Assembly (NCBI GenBank): GCA_950097015.1 | Contig: CATNEN010000001.1 | Span: 27,466,001 to 27,530,000 of the forward strand | Origin: Macrostomum hystrix | Lineage: Eukaryota > Animalia > Platyhelminthes | Direction: 5' to 3' | DNA length: 64,000 nt | Part shown: piece by piece, positions 1-13,400 of the stretch | How the letters are laid out: every line of letters begins with the position of its first letter | Position numbering within the stretch: the stretch's first letter is position 1 | Translations under genes and position numbers: made by a program | Notes under the pieces: generated by a model | What the model was told of the DNA's origin: nothing | Seen by the model: the letters and a program-made list of their open reading frames with translations, nothing else | Databases searched by the model: none

Positions 1-205
1 CGAAAAGGGAATTCCTTAGGTTTAGAAAAGGATCGTTGAGGTCATCTCACAAAAGCTATATTAATTCTGCTTGAAATCCAGTTAAGCTATTCCAACAAAG
101 AAAAGCAGACTGTAATCGCTGCTTGCCCGAAAACCTAAAGCTAGCTTTGTTTTAAATAGATTTTTTAATCGAAGCAATATCTAATACTAATAGTTAATAT
201 TAATA

Positions 206-2621
206 ATGTCAGCCAAGTTTATCATCCGAGTTTGCCTTCTATTCCTAATGGGCGTTGGCGTCAGCCTGCTCATCAATGTCATTCAGGCGCAGCGAAGCCA
301 CACCCTGATCACATCCGAGTGGCTCGGCCCCATTAAGTCCGGCATGTGGGTGCCACCCGTGTGCGGCATCTCATCCGGTAAGCTTTCTCTCAGTTATTTG
401 ACCGCATGACTACATGAAAAATACCAAATAAACCAAGAAAACAAAGCCAAGTTTAGTTTTTAAGATATTTTACGAGATCTCGTAGAAGAAACTAGCTTGA
501 TAACTGTTAATCTGCAATTATTTGTCAACTTTCACTTCGTATTATTATATTATTTACATTTTTTAAGTTATCTTTTGGGTGAAATATCAGTGCATCTACT
601 TTAGTTATTGGGCCATCTACGCGCAAATAAGCCTTTTGGAATAAAAACGATTGTTAATCCTATCCTGTTCGTGTCTCATACCAGTAGGTTGATCTTTTTG
701 AGTTGTTTTTATCCCTTATTTTTTATCTGATAAATGTATCTTAGACTTACTTATTTTATATTATTTTAACTTTTATCCCAGTTATTTACCTTATATGTTT
801 TTATTCATTAATTATGATTTAGCACATACTTACTTTTATTATTTCGCTAATAATAATCTATAAAATTTTTGGCGTGTGTACTTTGCAAATGATTTCCCTG
901 ATCCGAATTCAGTTTAGATTGCGCCTCGCTTGTAGAACTCTTGGGTGGGGTGAGCAAAGGAGATTCCCCCTAGGTCCCGCCCCGACCTTGGTTTATTCTA
1001 GGCCAGCGTAGGGAGTTTCCCGACCTTCACAATCTGGCAAGTTCGCTTGTCTTTCTCTCTTACCCATTAAAAGACGCAAAGGCACGATCTGGTGGCGTGA
1101 TGTGCTTGCAGTGCTGGGGGTTTCTCATCTGGCGTGTTTTGAGGTTGGGTCGCAAAGTACGCACGCAGAGCGCGATTCACCCCACACACGCACTCTGCTA
1201 CCCAACACACCCCAAAATTTCAGCCTTGCCTCTCTAGTCTCTTGTCGCTTGTGAACTGAAATGACGCCACTCCAAGGCTAGGGTGGCACGGCCTCTTAGT
1301 TCGGCCGCACTCCAACAGTCCACACCACACACGAAAAAAAACCAACTGGTAGTTCGTGTGCAGTACAGGCTGGCCAAGCTTGTTAGATTAGAACTGGAGG
1401 TGATGGGGTTGGTTAGGGGTAGCCTGACTGCGAACTTGTCTGGTCTCGCTGAACAGTCTAAACGATCGCGCGACTATCTAATGCGTTTTAAGTATTTTTA
1501 AAGCCTTCGCTATTCTGAGAGCAGCATTTTTTAGAAAGGGGTTGGTCTTTTGCTGGTGTTTTGTCGTTTTTGTTGACTATTTACTTTTCAAGAAAGTTTC
1601 AAGAAATAAATTTATATTTAAATAGGGTATAGCCAGTCAGGACTGCGGACTCAGTCAGAGTTGAGATTACTCAGCCAAGTTTTTAAACAGATTTGGCTCT
1701 TCGCCTTAGCTTGTTTTTGGAATTAGCTTGGAATTTTTATTATCTGTCACATGCTTATTAATATTATGTCGAATAGTTCAAAGTACGATTCGAGTGGGTG
1801 GAACGACTGAGTGCTCAAGAAGGGCGATTCTAATCGCATCGCAAGTTCTACTACTGACTCAAGATTCACAAACACAATGTCACATGTTTCAATATGCGCG
1901 CTTTCAGTTGTTGTTACACTGCTGTTGTTTAAGCTGAAGCTTGTCGATTGCGCTGATGTGCTGCACTTTATTATTATTTAATGCAGCAGACACGATATTT
2001 AGCCATGTTTGGTTTGCATTGAGTTGGTTAGAGTACACAAGTACAAAGTACAAAAACTACAATAACAAGATAGGGAAGGAATTTATCTTCAAATGGATTT
2101 GTCATAGTAGATTTCGAAGCTTATGAGCCTGATCATTTGATAACACCGTCGCCCCCACAGTGCTGATCGGCCTTCTTTATCCAACCCTGGACCGTCAGCT
2201 GGGCGACCCGGTGGCAGCCGCGGATCAGCGCAACGACTGGACGCCCGTCATCCGCTGCGTGGCCCTGTTCGTTGGCCTGAACCATGCCACTGCCAAGATC
2301 GACTTCATGTCGCACGAACAGCTGAGCCTCTGCCTGGCCTGCATGAGCCTAGGCCTGTGGTTCTACTTCGATGGCTCGCGATCGGGCCTCGGCCTCAGCC
2401 TGGTCATCGCCCTGCTGGCCAGCGCAGTCAACCAGCTCATGATCTCGCTGGACGCTTACAGACCATCGGTGGACTTTCACCACGTCCGCGCCTGGCTGCC
2501 CTGCATCTTCTTCAGCGGCTCCGTCACCATCGGGCTGGTGGGCCGGCAGCTGGCCAAGTGGGACTGCCTCGGCTCCGTGGGTGACTCGCTGCGCGCCGGC
2601 CTCAAGTCGCACTCAGAGTGA
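206..2621 (+). CDS. INSIG: Insulin-induced gene (INSIG) homolog; exons 206-377 and 2161-2621, about 210 aa
   Basis: Joined product ...MWVPPVCGISS-V-LIGLLYPTLD...DWTPVIRCVALFVGLNHATAKIDF...WFYFDGSRSGLGL...VRAWLPCIFFSGSVTIGLVGRQLA matches INSIG motifs. Donor G|gtaagc at 378 and acceptor cccacag| at 2160 are phase compatible. The start codon could lie further upstream. Confidence 0.93.
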
Positions 2622-5186
2622 CTTGAGCAGCCTTCTCTTAGCCACCTTCCTTCCTGCCGCATTTCTTCTTCTGTTGTGTTTGTTCTGCTTTTGCCGGGCT
2701 CTACTCGACTGTCAGTTTGATTATTGTGGCGTTTATGTTATCATTGGAATCATAATGGCCAGATATTTATAATTAAACAAAGTAATAAATCCCAGTTTTA
2801 CCTGCATTTGCCCCACCCAAATTATCCCATTCAAGCCCTGCTTTGTTATGATATTCTTAGAGCACTATTCTAACCTTAAGAGTTATTATTTTTTATCAAG
2901 CGATGGTTACCATCCACTGTGGTGCCCCGTTTCTGTTGTGTACTACAATCTACAATGGGCCATCTGCGCAAATGTTTTGCTATTGCGCAGATTACTAATG
3001 TAAATGTACTGGTGCATGGCTATCTGGTTGCTGGTATTCACGTATGAGCCATTCATAAGTCTTTATTCAGTAGTTAACAATCGAATTCTATCCGGTGCTT
3101 CAGCTAGTAGCGAACAATGTGCTACTTACATCTAGTACTTTAGTAGTATTAGCTGCGTTTTCTCTCCAAAATTGTTTCAAATTAATGTACAACAAATCTG
3201 ATTTGAAATCGGGTATCATGGGTAATCGTTTGTTTTTTTGTTTTTATTTTCAATCGATGTATGTAAAATATCAGATTTATTCATAAAAACTGTTTGTTGT
3301 TTGGGATAGATCTCAGGGCACTAATGTTTGGATTCGATAATATAATTTTTGAAATGATTTCCATTGTTGGTGCCGTGTCATGGTGAATGGCAATTTTGCA
3401 GAGCTCGGATCTATCCAATAAGAAAATTTAGCTCTGTTTTTCATTATTTTTCAAAAATGGGAAGAAGCTCGAAGTGTTTAAACTGCTACTACTTATTCGA
3501 CATATAATTAGTAAGGTCTATTACATGAAAGGAGAGTTCTTTAAGAATAGTACAGTAGTTCAATGCATATTTGTACGTGTAGTGCCCGTGTTTCTCAGGT
3601 CGGCTGCTCACTAAGGCCGTTGTGTGTTGAAGCCGGTTTGATTGGCACGGCCTTGGCCTCGTCCTTTCTCAGCCTCCTCCCCCGTCCGTGCTCAGAGTGC
3701 CCTGTACCACCATCTGATTGGCTGGGCATGGGCTTGTCTGCCAACCCTTACCCCGGCCCTGCGTGGCGTTGCCCCTCCCGCCAATCAGCTCTGCGTAGCT
3801 TTGCCCCTCCCGCCAATCAGTTCTGCGTAGCTTTGCCCGGCCAGCGCGTACAACCCTACCCCGATCCCTGCGCGCTGGAGGCTTGACTTTGCGCACCTCC
3901 CCCCCCCCCTGTCTTCCCCCCTGCTGCCCTATTTGTTTTTTTATTACCTGCCCGTGCCGGGGCTACCGCGCTGGCGCCGCCGAACTTTAAGATTCGAACT
4001 ATAAAGACGGTCTCTTACTGCGAAGTCTCAAGAATTATTGCCTGCAAATATACCGAACTTGCCAAAATGGTGTCATCCTGTCATTCTGCGTTCCAACCGG
4101 TAAGTGCTGCATTCGTGTCTTTCCTTTCGGAGTGCCCGGCCTGTACGGAGTACTGTATCTTGCTTAGAAGTGCTGTGTGAGCGTCCTAACGCCACCAGTG
4201 CCAGGCTGAAGTAGAGCGTCCTAACGCCAGGTTCAGTGATTTTTAATATTATAACTGTAGGCCGGGGATCCCAAACCGACCAATGTCACTATATACATGT
4301 TCGCGTAATCGGTTGGAGTTAGACTACAACAGAAAATGGCTCACTAGCGACGAAATTATTCTGCCTACCCACCCACAGCAACAAGGGATCCACCAATACT
4401 CACAATGCGCCCTATACAGCTTTTAAAAAGAACTAATTAATCTAGCTAAATATGTAGCTCTTTTTAGATTTGATGTCGCCCCCTTCAGCTTCCCGCTCCT
4501 GAGCTCCCAAGGGTTGTGAGAGGGTAGGACGGACGAAAACGAAAAACAACGAAAAGTCTCAGTGGGTGTTTTGTTGAATGTAAATTCAAGTTGCGAAGGT
4601 CGTTGCAAAACAATACTTTTACGAGTATAAATATAGCGTTTTATATATTCTTTTTACTTATAGAGGCCTCAATGGAGTCTGAGGCATTAAAAAGAAAGAG
4701 AAAGGTAAAAAAATAACCAGCTAATTATGAAAAGAAAGAAAAATGTTAGAAAACTCGACTTGCAATAAAAAAATCTATTGTAAATAAAATAAAGCATTTG
4801 GAAACACGACGCCGCACATTCAGTTGCTAGTCAATTCTGATTGGCTCAGGTGCTGATGCCACACCTATTGATGGTGACCGTCTCTGACTCATATTATTTC
4901 TGGGTGAATCGAGTTTCTGGAAAAAAACAAATTGCAGAATGGGAGTTAAGGGGTGCGGTTAGTGTTAAACAGTCCCGCTATATTAGGAGTAGAATCAAAC
5001 AATTGGCTGCAAACTTCACTACCAAAGGGCTACTTAACTAGGTTATCTAGGTAACTAGGTTCGCGGGTAAAACCAGCAAGTAATCAATGCTTTACTGGCA
5101 AAACTATGAGGCCGCAATAATGTAACTTAGCTAAAAACTAAGCACTGCCTTTTTAATCAAGATTTAATTTGACAAGAACTGGGGGA

Positions 5187-5500
5187 GTAAAGGACAGTCT
5201 TGAGGATCTGGGCGAGTGAAGGACAGTCCTGAGGATCTAGGCGAGTGAAGGACAGTCCTGAGGATCTGGGCGAGTGAAGGACAGTCCTGAGGATCAGGGA
5301 AAGTGAAGGACAGTCCTGAGGATCTGGGCGAGTGAAGGACAGTCCTGAGGATCTGGGAAAGTGAAGGACAGTCCTGAGGATCTAGGCGAGTGAAGGACAT
5401 CCTGAGGATCTAGGCGAGTGAAGGACAGTCCTGAGGATCTAGGCGAGTGAAGGACAGTCCTGAGGATCTAGGCGAGTGAAGGACAGTCCTGAGGATCTAG
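5187..5500. repeat. 29-bp minisatellite (CTGAGGATCTRGGCGAGTGAAGGACAGTC), about 11 copies
   Basis: aggacag recurs at 5191, 5220, 5249 and onward. Confidence 0.95.
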
Positions 5501-6093
<593 letters not shown>

Positions 6094-6138
6094 GCTTGAA
6101 TCCCAGAAATGAAACAGAAGAACATCAGATCAAGAAAA

Positions 6139-7361
6139 CTAAAAAACTAGCAAACTAAAAACTGAGCACGGAATATCGATCTGCTCACCGACGCAAACTC
6201 GATCGCCATTGTTGTTGTTGGCCCCGCCGCCTTCTTCGAAGTCGCAGCCACCATCTTTGCTGGCATTTGCAAGTGTGCCACAGCCGCCACAGGTTCCAGC
6301 ATAGCTGGGGCGCAGGTACAGGCTGACCAGAAGAGCCACCACAACGCCAATGATCCCACCGCCAACCACATCGCTCAAGTGGTGCATGTAGTCGCTGACG
6401 CGGGTGGCACACACAGCGAGGCCCCAGACCAGCATAAAGCACTGCAGCAGCAACTTCACAGCGTGGCCCTTCGAGAAGGTGAACCTGGACTGCAGGTAGA
6501 GGGCGGCGAACAAAGTCGAGTACATGCTGTGCGATGAGTGGCCAGACGGGAAGGACAGCATGGACTCGCGGTACTTCTTCAGGTCCTGCGGCCGGCAGAA
6601 CTGTCCGGGGTTCATGGGCAGATGCGCGGCGCAGTTGGCGATGTACTGAGCGGAGCTGATGTTGGCATGGCACACGGCCAGGAAGTGGGGCCGATGTCGG
6701 CCTATGATGATCTTGATTGTCACTGTCACCACCTGAGGGGTGTAGGATGAGGCAGGTGCGCAGGTGATCCCGCTAAAATTGAATGCTGCGGTGGATAATG
6801 CTGAGGATCTGGAAGGCTGGTGGATAATGCTGAGGATCTGGAAGGCTGGTGGATTATGCTGAGGATCTGGAAGGCTGGTGGATTATGCTGAGGATCTGGA
6901 AGGATGGTAGTTTATGCTCAGGTGGGGATTAATGAGGCTCTATTGTACTATTTTATCCTAACCTCGGTGAACAATGAGCCCAGGGCCGCCAGCAGCAGTC
7001 CCCTGGCGATGGCCACGGTAGCTCGGGTGCAGCCGGACTCAGGTTTGAGTCCGCAGTTGGCAAGGCAGGTCGCGTAGGTTCGATCTGATTGGCTGGCCCG
7101 GCAGCCACTGCGCAGGGCGTGCCGAACGATCTCAACGATGAGCACAGTGAGCAGAATAATCGAGAAACCCACCAAGGCCGCCACCATCGTGGTGACAGTG
7201 TCGGGCTTGTAGCGGTAGCTGATGCTGTGATCGTTGCAAAAGAAGTCGCGTTGAAAAGGCTGCACAGCAAATTGAAAGACGCACACGTAGGCCCACAGGA
7301 TGACAAAGACGGCCACAGCCGTCAGCAGGTTGGCGACCTCGCTGCCTGGCAGACAGGCCAT
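6139..7361 (-). CDS. PAP2-superfamily lipid phosphate phosphatase (PLPP/wunen-like); exons 7361-6963 and 6732-6139
   Basis: Catalytic motifs C1 KIIIGRHRP, C2 SFPSGH and C3 TRVSDYMHHLSD; N-terminal PFQRDFFCNDHSISY; several hydrophobic helices; phase-0 GT-AG intron 6962-6733. Confidence 0.92.
6790..6921. repeat. 29-bp minisatellite, about 4.5 copies, in the phosphatase intron
   Basis: ctgaggatct at 6801, 6830 and onward. Confidence 0.9.
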
Positions 7362-7562
7362 TGTACGACCGTATGGCAGACTATTTGGCTGGCTAATCAG
7401 GCAGGTGAAAATTCAGGCTGTTCTGCTGGCGAAGCTGGCAGCTGAAAACATTCAGCATGGCGCATCGTTCAACAATGGCCTGCCTACACCATACCCTATG
7501 ATGCATACCCGTCCTGAATCCTGCATCCATCTTCTAAACTCCCCCTGCATCCATCTCTTATC

Positions 7563-7770
7563 TCAGTGGCAGAGCGGTGAACGCGTTTTCCTCTCGCGTC
7601 AGGGTCCCAAAGTTCGATTCCGCGGCGAGGCCACATTTATTTGGGGCGGAGAGAAGGCTTTGGGGGCTTGTCGTGCAATTTACGCACTTGAGGGCCAACC
7701 TCCAAGGCACAGTAAAGTACACACTGCCTGAGGATGAGAAAGCCAGAGCAGATGTGCACACCTGTGTAAA
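7563..7770 (+). mobile_element. tRNA-derived SINE family B, 3'-truncated copy
   Basis: A-box-like TGGCAGAGCGG and B-box-like GTTCGATTCC; body (gggccaacctccaaggcacag...gcctgaNgatgagaaag) recurs in the other family B copies. Confidence 0.8.
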
Positions 7771-10465
7771 TAGATAATAAATAAAAATGCGAATTGATTG
7801 CGAATATACGTGATTGCGAATCAAAGAGAATTTTAATTCTCACTAAATACAAAAATAGTCAGTCTGAGCTTGAATACATTCTGAGACATCCGGTCTGTCT
7901 CATTTGGGGCCTCATTTGGGGAAATTACACAAGTAACTTACTTTTGTTACAACTCAGCTTGATGCTACTAATGTACATGTGAATACTATCCCCTCAGCAG
8001 TAAAAAACCAACGTTTACCCAGCAGCAGAGAACCAATTCCCCCCAAACAGAAGAGAACCTCCATAATACCAGAATGGAGGCTACTTGCAGGCTACCAAAC
8101 CCCCAGCAAGAAATATTTGCCATCTTTCTTTGACAGGAAACCATTGCCCCCATATAGCAGAGAAACTATTTTACTCATCCCAGAGGCAACAAATATCTCC
8201 CATTACATCTAGAAAACTGTTAGACACATTTAGAAAACTGTTGGACACTTTTATATATATAGACAAACCCAGGACATTTAGTAATGTTAGGATCTCACTT
8301 AGCATTTTATGTTGTCATATCCAAATGGAAATGCTTACAGATGGAAGAAACATTGAACACTCAGTTCATCGATTAATAGTGCAAAAAATCATTTCATTTC
8401 ACACTTCTTTGAATAGTTAAAAATAATTAAGCTAAATATAGAACTTGAAACTACTACGAATAAATCATAAAATATTTTTTGTCTATTTTTCTATTTAATT
8501 TAAATATTTAATTATAAATTAAATTTAATTAATTAAAAAATTATGACTACTTTTTAAGTACACTTTAGGGAAGATGGTTCATATAGTCGTTTTGATCTTT
8601 TCTTGTAGCTTAGCTAGCTGATATGACTGTACTGACTTTACAAACTCATCAAAGTACTTTGACTGGGCAACTAAATAGCTTAAAAACACTCCCTACATAA
8701 TTATATTATAGATTAAAATTATTTAATCAATTAAAAACTGCAAAAGACAAATATATTGAAGTTGCAAACGATCTGATGCACTTTCTGCCATTCCTTCTAT
8801 TAGTAGTATCCACTTAAAATGGAGTAGGAACACCATTTGGGCCAGTCAAGTCTATACATAAAAATGTATTCTTTTAATTTTGACTAACAGTAACACCCGC
8901 GAAAACTTTTGAAATAATTAAAAAAAGACTGTACCAGCTGCAAAACATTTCAAATTAATTGGTTTATTTACCTAGTTAAAAAAGAAATCGCGATTTCGCC
9001 AAACAGACTTTTTTAGCGAGAGAACAAATAGATAATTGTAAAGTTTTGTTATTCCGCTCTACTGCAATTTTTTAAACTAGATAGTTTTTCATTGAAAAAA
9101 ACGACGTGAACTATATATAGCTGCATTTTTTTCTAGCAATTTCGAGTTAAGCATAAGTTTCGCCGATTGTTCTAATACCTCACTATTTTATTATTTTATT
9201 CATATTATTTATCCTGATGAAGGTCTGTCAAAATTGCAAACGCACCACCTCCTATTTATAATCAGCTCGACCTTTGACAGACAACCGGATCACGTGCTCC
9301 GCCAGACAGACGTTGATTGGTTGAAAAGGGAGTGGGTTGGGCGCATGATGTGATTTACGAGCTAAAAGGTTGACAGATAAGAATTGCATTATGATTTATA
9401 GCCCATAAAAATAAGGGAAAGCTGGAGGGATCGGATGACGAGAGCAAAAATGAAGATTTGGTTCATTACTATATATGATATACATAGGAGACAGGAGGGA
9501 GGTGGATGCGCATTGACAGGTGGGGATTATTTATGAGGGGAGAACACAGGAAAGGAAGGTGGTGGATGAACGCTGGAAAAAACCCAAAAGTCATAAAAAT
9601 AGGAAAATGGAGGGTGAATTTGACAGGTGCATAAAACCACCCAAAAAATAAATTTACGACCGGAGGAGGGGTTGGTGTTCAATGTCACAGGAAACAGTTG
9701 GAGTCATTGGAAAGGGATTGGAAAAGTGAATTATTTAGATAATTTATTAAAACGACAAAGAAAGTCTATATATAACGGCACCTAAACCGTCGCTGTTACA
9801 TCAAATTGTATCATAAGCAAATATGCTCACTAAAAAATAACAGATTGCATAGATAGTGGACAACTTGTTAAGTGGGGTGTCGTTTTTTGATTGCACGTAT
9901 AATTTTCTAATACATGCAAAATTAAATTAACAAATTTTACAGAATTAATTGCTGTTTTCAAAGGCTATTTTAAACTATGCACTAGAGTCGTAATAATGAG
10001 CTACATAAAATAACTAGGTTAAAATAGGTTCAAGTAGTCCTTTCTTGATCTGGTTGTATTTACAGATAAATATAATTTTCTTTTTCGATTTTAGGGTTAC
10101 GTGTACATGTCGGGAGCATAATCCAGATAATTTACGACACTCACTGCTTTACGCCTTTGGCAAAAAAAAACAAAAACAACTTACCAGGGCAGCAGAAATA
10201 CGAAAAAAATCAAGCAAATAACGCCAATAATTATTTTCTTTAGTGTTTGAAACATTTAAAAAATACCTTAAACTTTTTTGGTGTACAGCCAAATCTTGTT
10301 GCTAACATTTCTAAAAGTGTCAAACTTAAAATTCACTTTTCGTGACACATTTTTTGTGTGTACAGCTGCATGATACCAGGCCACTTGACGTGAAATATTA
10401 CCGTCTCTTTTTGCTCTCTTTGGAACTGCAAAGCAGTGTTTTAACACTGCATCTGTGGGACAAAA

Positions 10466-13400
10466 ATGGATTCTCATCTTCGACAGTTAATTAGACAGGC
10501 TCAGCAGTCACCAGAGAGTAAGCGAAATACTTTTCATAATAATTTTCTGAAAAAAAACGACTAAAGAATAATTTATTTTCTCTACATAAAGATATCGAGC
10601 TATTTAGAAAAAATTTTTAAATTTTTTTTATATTTATAAAGTAAATATTAACATACTTTTAATTTAAATATGTTAAGTTGTGTGGTGTCGCTGATTATTG
10701 CATTTTTTAATTACTTTTGTTATGAGTTCAATTTCAATAAACTTAACTTTGCAAAAAATCAAAGCAAAGTTTCTGAACGGCAATGAATGCTTGGTTGAAT
10801 TACGTGATTTAACAAAATATAAATAAATTTCATGCTAAGCAATATTGCATGGTAATATTATTTTTTTTATATAATTTTTTTTATTGTAAATATGAAATTT
10901 GCATCTTGATCGGACGATGTAACTAAATGTAGTGTTGCAATGCTACCAAGAATTTTACTCTTTTTAAAATCTTTATCTGGTTATAAGAAGTATAAATATT
11001 ATAATTATTCGAAAATACATTAAAAATCTGAACAATTTTAGCTGCGGCAGTCAATCTGACAGAAGTGTTTACCAACATCAAGTCCATCCTAGCTGACAAG
11101 AAGCCAAATGAGAGTCTTCCTGTTGGATTTGACATTTTCGTATTGTTAGCTGAGGAAGCAGTTAAGGTAATTAACAAATATCTCTTGCTTGTGTCAGATC
11201 GAATCGTTTGATTTTTTACATCTATCTTCACCAACCTTGTGCAGAATGGACTTGACGACATCAGCAAGGAGTGTCTTCGCATCTACCTGTCCCTAGATGC
11301 GCCAAACAATCAGTTCAGAGCGAGGGCATTCCTGGCTCAGGCAAAGCTGCTGCAGCCCAGCAGCTCGGAGCATCCGGTAGGTGGCTGAAGTTGCTATCGG
11401 TTCAAGCAGTTAGGCTGGCTGATTCCAGCACCATTTTACACCAGCATGCCATTCTATTCCCCATTCCAGCCATTCTATTCCCCATTCCAGCCATTCTATT
11501 CCTCATTCCAGCCATTCTATTCCCCATTCCAGCCATTCTATTCCTCATTCCAGCCATTCTATTCCCTATTCCAGCCATTTTATTCCTCATTCCAGCCATT
11601 CTATTCCCCATTCCAGCCATTCTATTCCCCATTCCAGCCAATTCTATTCCTCATTCCAGACATTCTATTCCTTATTCAAGCCATTCTATTCCCCATTCCC
11701 ACAGGAGGCCCTCGAGAAGCCGGTGGCCTACGTCCTGAAGACCATCGAGCTGTGCCGCAAGACTCCAAAGTATCACTTCCTGGTGTTTAACGCATCCGTC
11801 GTGTATTCCGAACTCGTGCGGCCGTTCTTGAAGCCGCACTTTCGCCGCTTTCTCTGCCAGTCCCTCAGCCAGGTGGTGAAGGCGCTGGAGGCCATCGATG
11901 ACAAAGACTATGAGTGGCGCGCTGAGCTGCTTAAGTGAGCCTCAAAAAATATTTTTTTCTGCCGTGTCTCTCTTCTTTTTCATCGCCACTTTCAGCACTC
12001 CAACCCTCCCTGAAGTGTGGAATATTCAGGCACATATCCCTCCCTGAAGTGTGGAATATTCAGGCACTTATCCCTCCCTGAAGTGTGGAATATTCAGGCA
12101 CTTATCCCTCCCTGAAGTGTGGAATATTCAGGCACTTCAAACGTTTTACTAAAGCCTCCCAAAACGTATCATTCCCTCCCTGCCTCAGAATCCTTCTCGA
12201 GTGCTACCTGGACGCGGGCCTACGCAAAGAGGCCCTCCTGCTGGCAGAGCAGGCTGCCAACTTCGTCACCAAGAACGTGCCCGGCCACTTCAAGGACCTC
12301 CTGGAGCTCATCAGCGTCAACAGCCTCGGCGAGCACGGCAAACTGCAGTGGTGGATTCGCGGCTCTGCGGAGCTGGCCATCTACTACAAGCTGTGCAAAC
12401 TGAAAGTGTGAGGACCGGTCTGTCACTTGTCACTGCTGTCACCTGTCACTGCAGTCTCCTGTCACTGCAGTCACCTGTCACTTCTGTCACCTGTCACTGT
12501 TGTCACCTGTCACTGCTGTCACCTGTCGATGCTGTCATTTGTCACTGATGTCACCTGTCACTGCTGTCACCTGTCACTATTATCAGCTGTCAATGCTGTC
12601 ATTTGTCCCCGTTCTCACATGTCACAGCTATCACCTGTCACTATTATCATCTGTCAGATGAAGTTAAAATTCAGCCAATTGTTTATAAACTTGGATAGAC
12701 AAGCAACTGTGATATGCCTTGTAAGCCAAACACCTATTCAACACCAGAGCCATCAAAGAGCGAGATGCCGAGGTCCAACCCGCCCAGGAGATGGCGAAGA
12801 TCTACCGACAGTTGCTGGCTGAGGATGACGTCACTGTGCAAGCGCCGAAGGGCAAGAAAGACGCCAAGTGAGTGAGAGCTGTCCTTGTGTCTGCCTGCAA
12901 CTGTCCACAGACTGTATAACTGTACCAGCACTGGCCAACAATACTCTCTTGACTAATCAGTTCCCTTTTGAATCCCATCCTATCCTGTCCTATCCTATCC
13001 TATCCTATCCTGTCCTATCCTGTCCTATCCTGTCCTATCCTGTCCTATCCTATCCTGTCCTATCCTGTCCTATCCTATCCTATCCTATCCTGTCCTATCC
13101 TGTCCTATCCTGTCCTATCCTATCCTATCCTATCCTATCCTGTCCTATCCTGTCCTATCCTATCCTATCCTATCCTATCCTATCCTGTCCTATCCTATCC
13201 TATCCTATCCTGTCCTATCCTGTCCTATCCTGTCCTATCCTATCCTATCCTATCCTATCCTGTCCTATCCTGTCCTATCCTGTCCTATCCTATCCTGTCC
13301 TATCCTGTCCTATCCTGTCCTATCCTATCCTATCCTATCCTGTCCTATCCTGTCCTATCCTGTCCTATCCTATCCTATCCTATCCTATCCTGTCCTATCC

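Noticed and set aside
10296-10310. RFX X-box upstream of the ciliary gene (TGTTGCTAACA)
   Set aside because: Only one good half-site and non-canonical spacing; not supportable from sequence alone.
12003-12137. CRISPR-like array of palindromic 34-bp repeats (also considered for the 42- and 54-bp arrays)
   Set aside because: Units are directly adjacent with no unique spacers, there are no cas genes, and the context is a eukaryotic intron.
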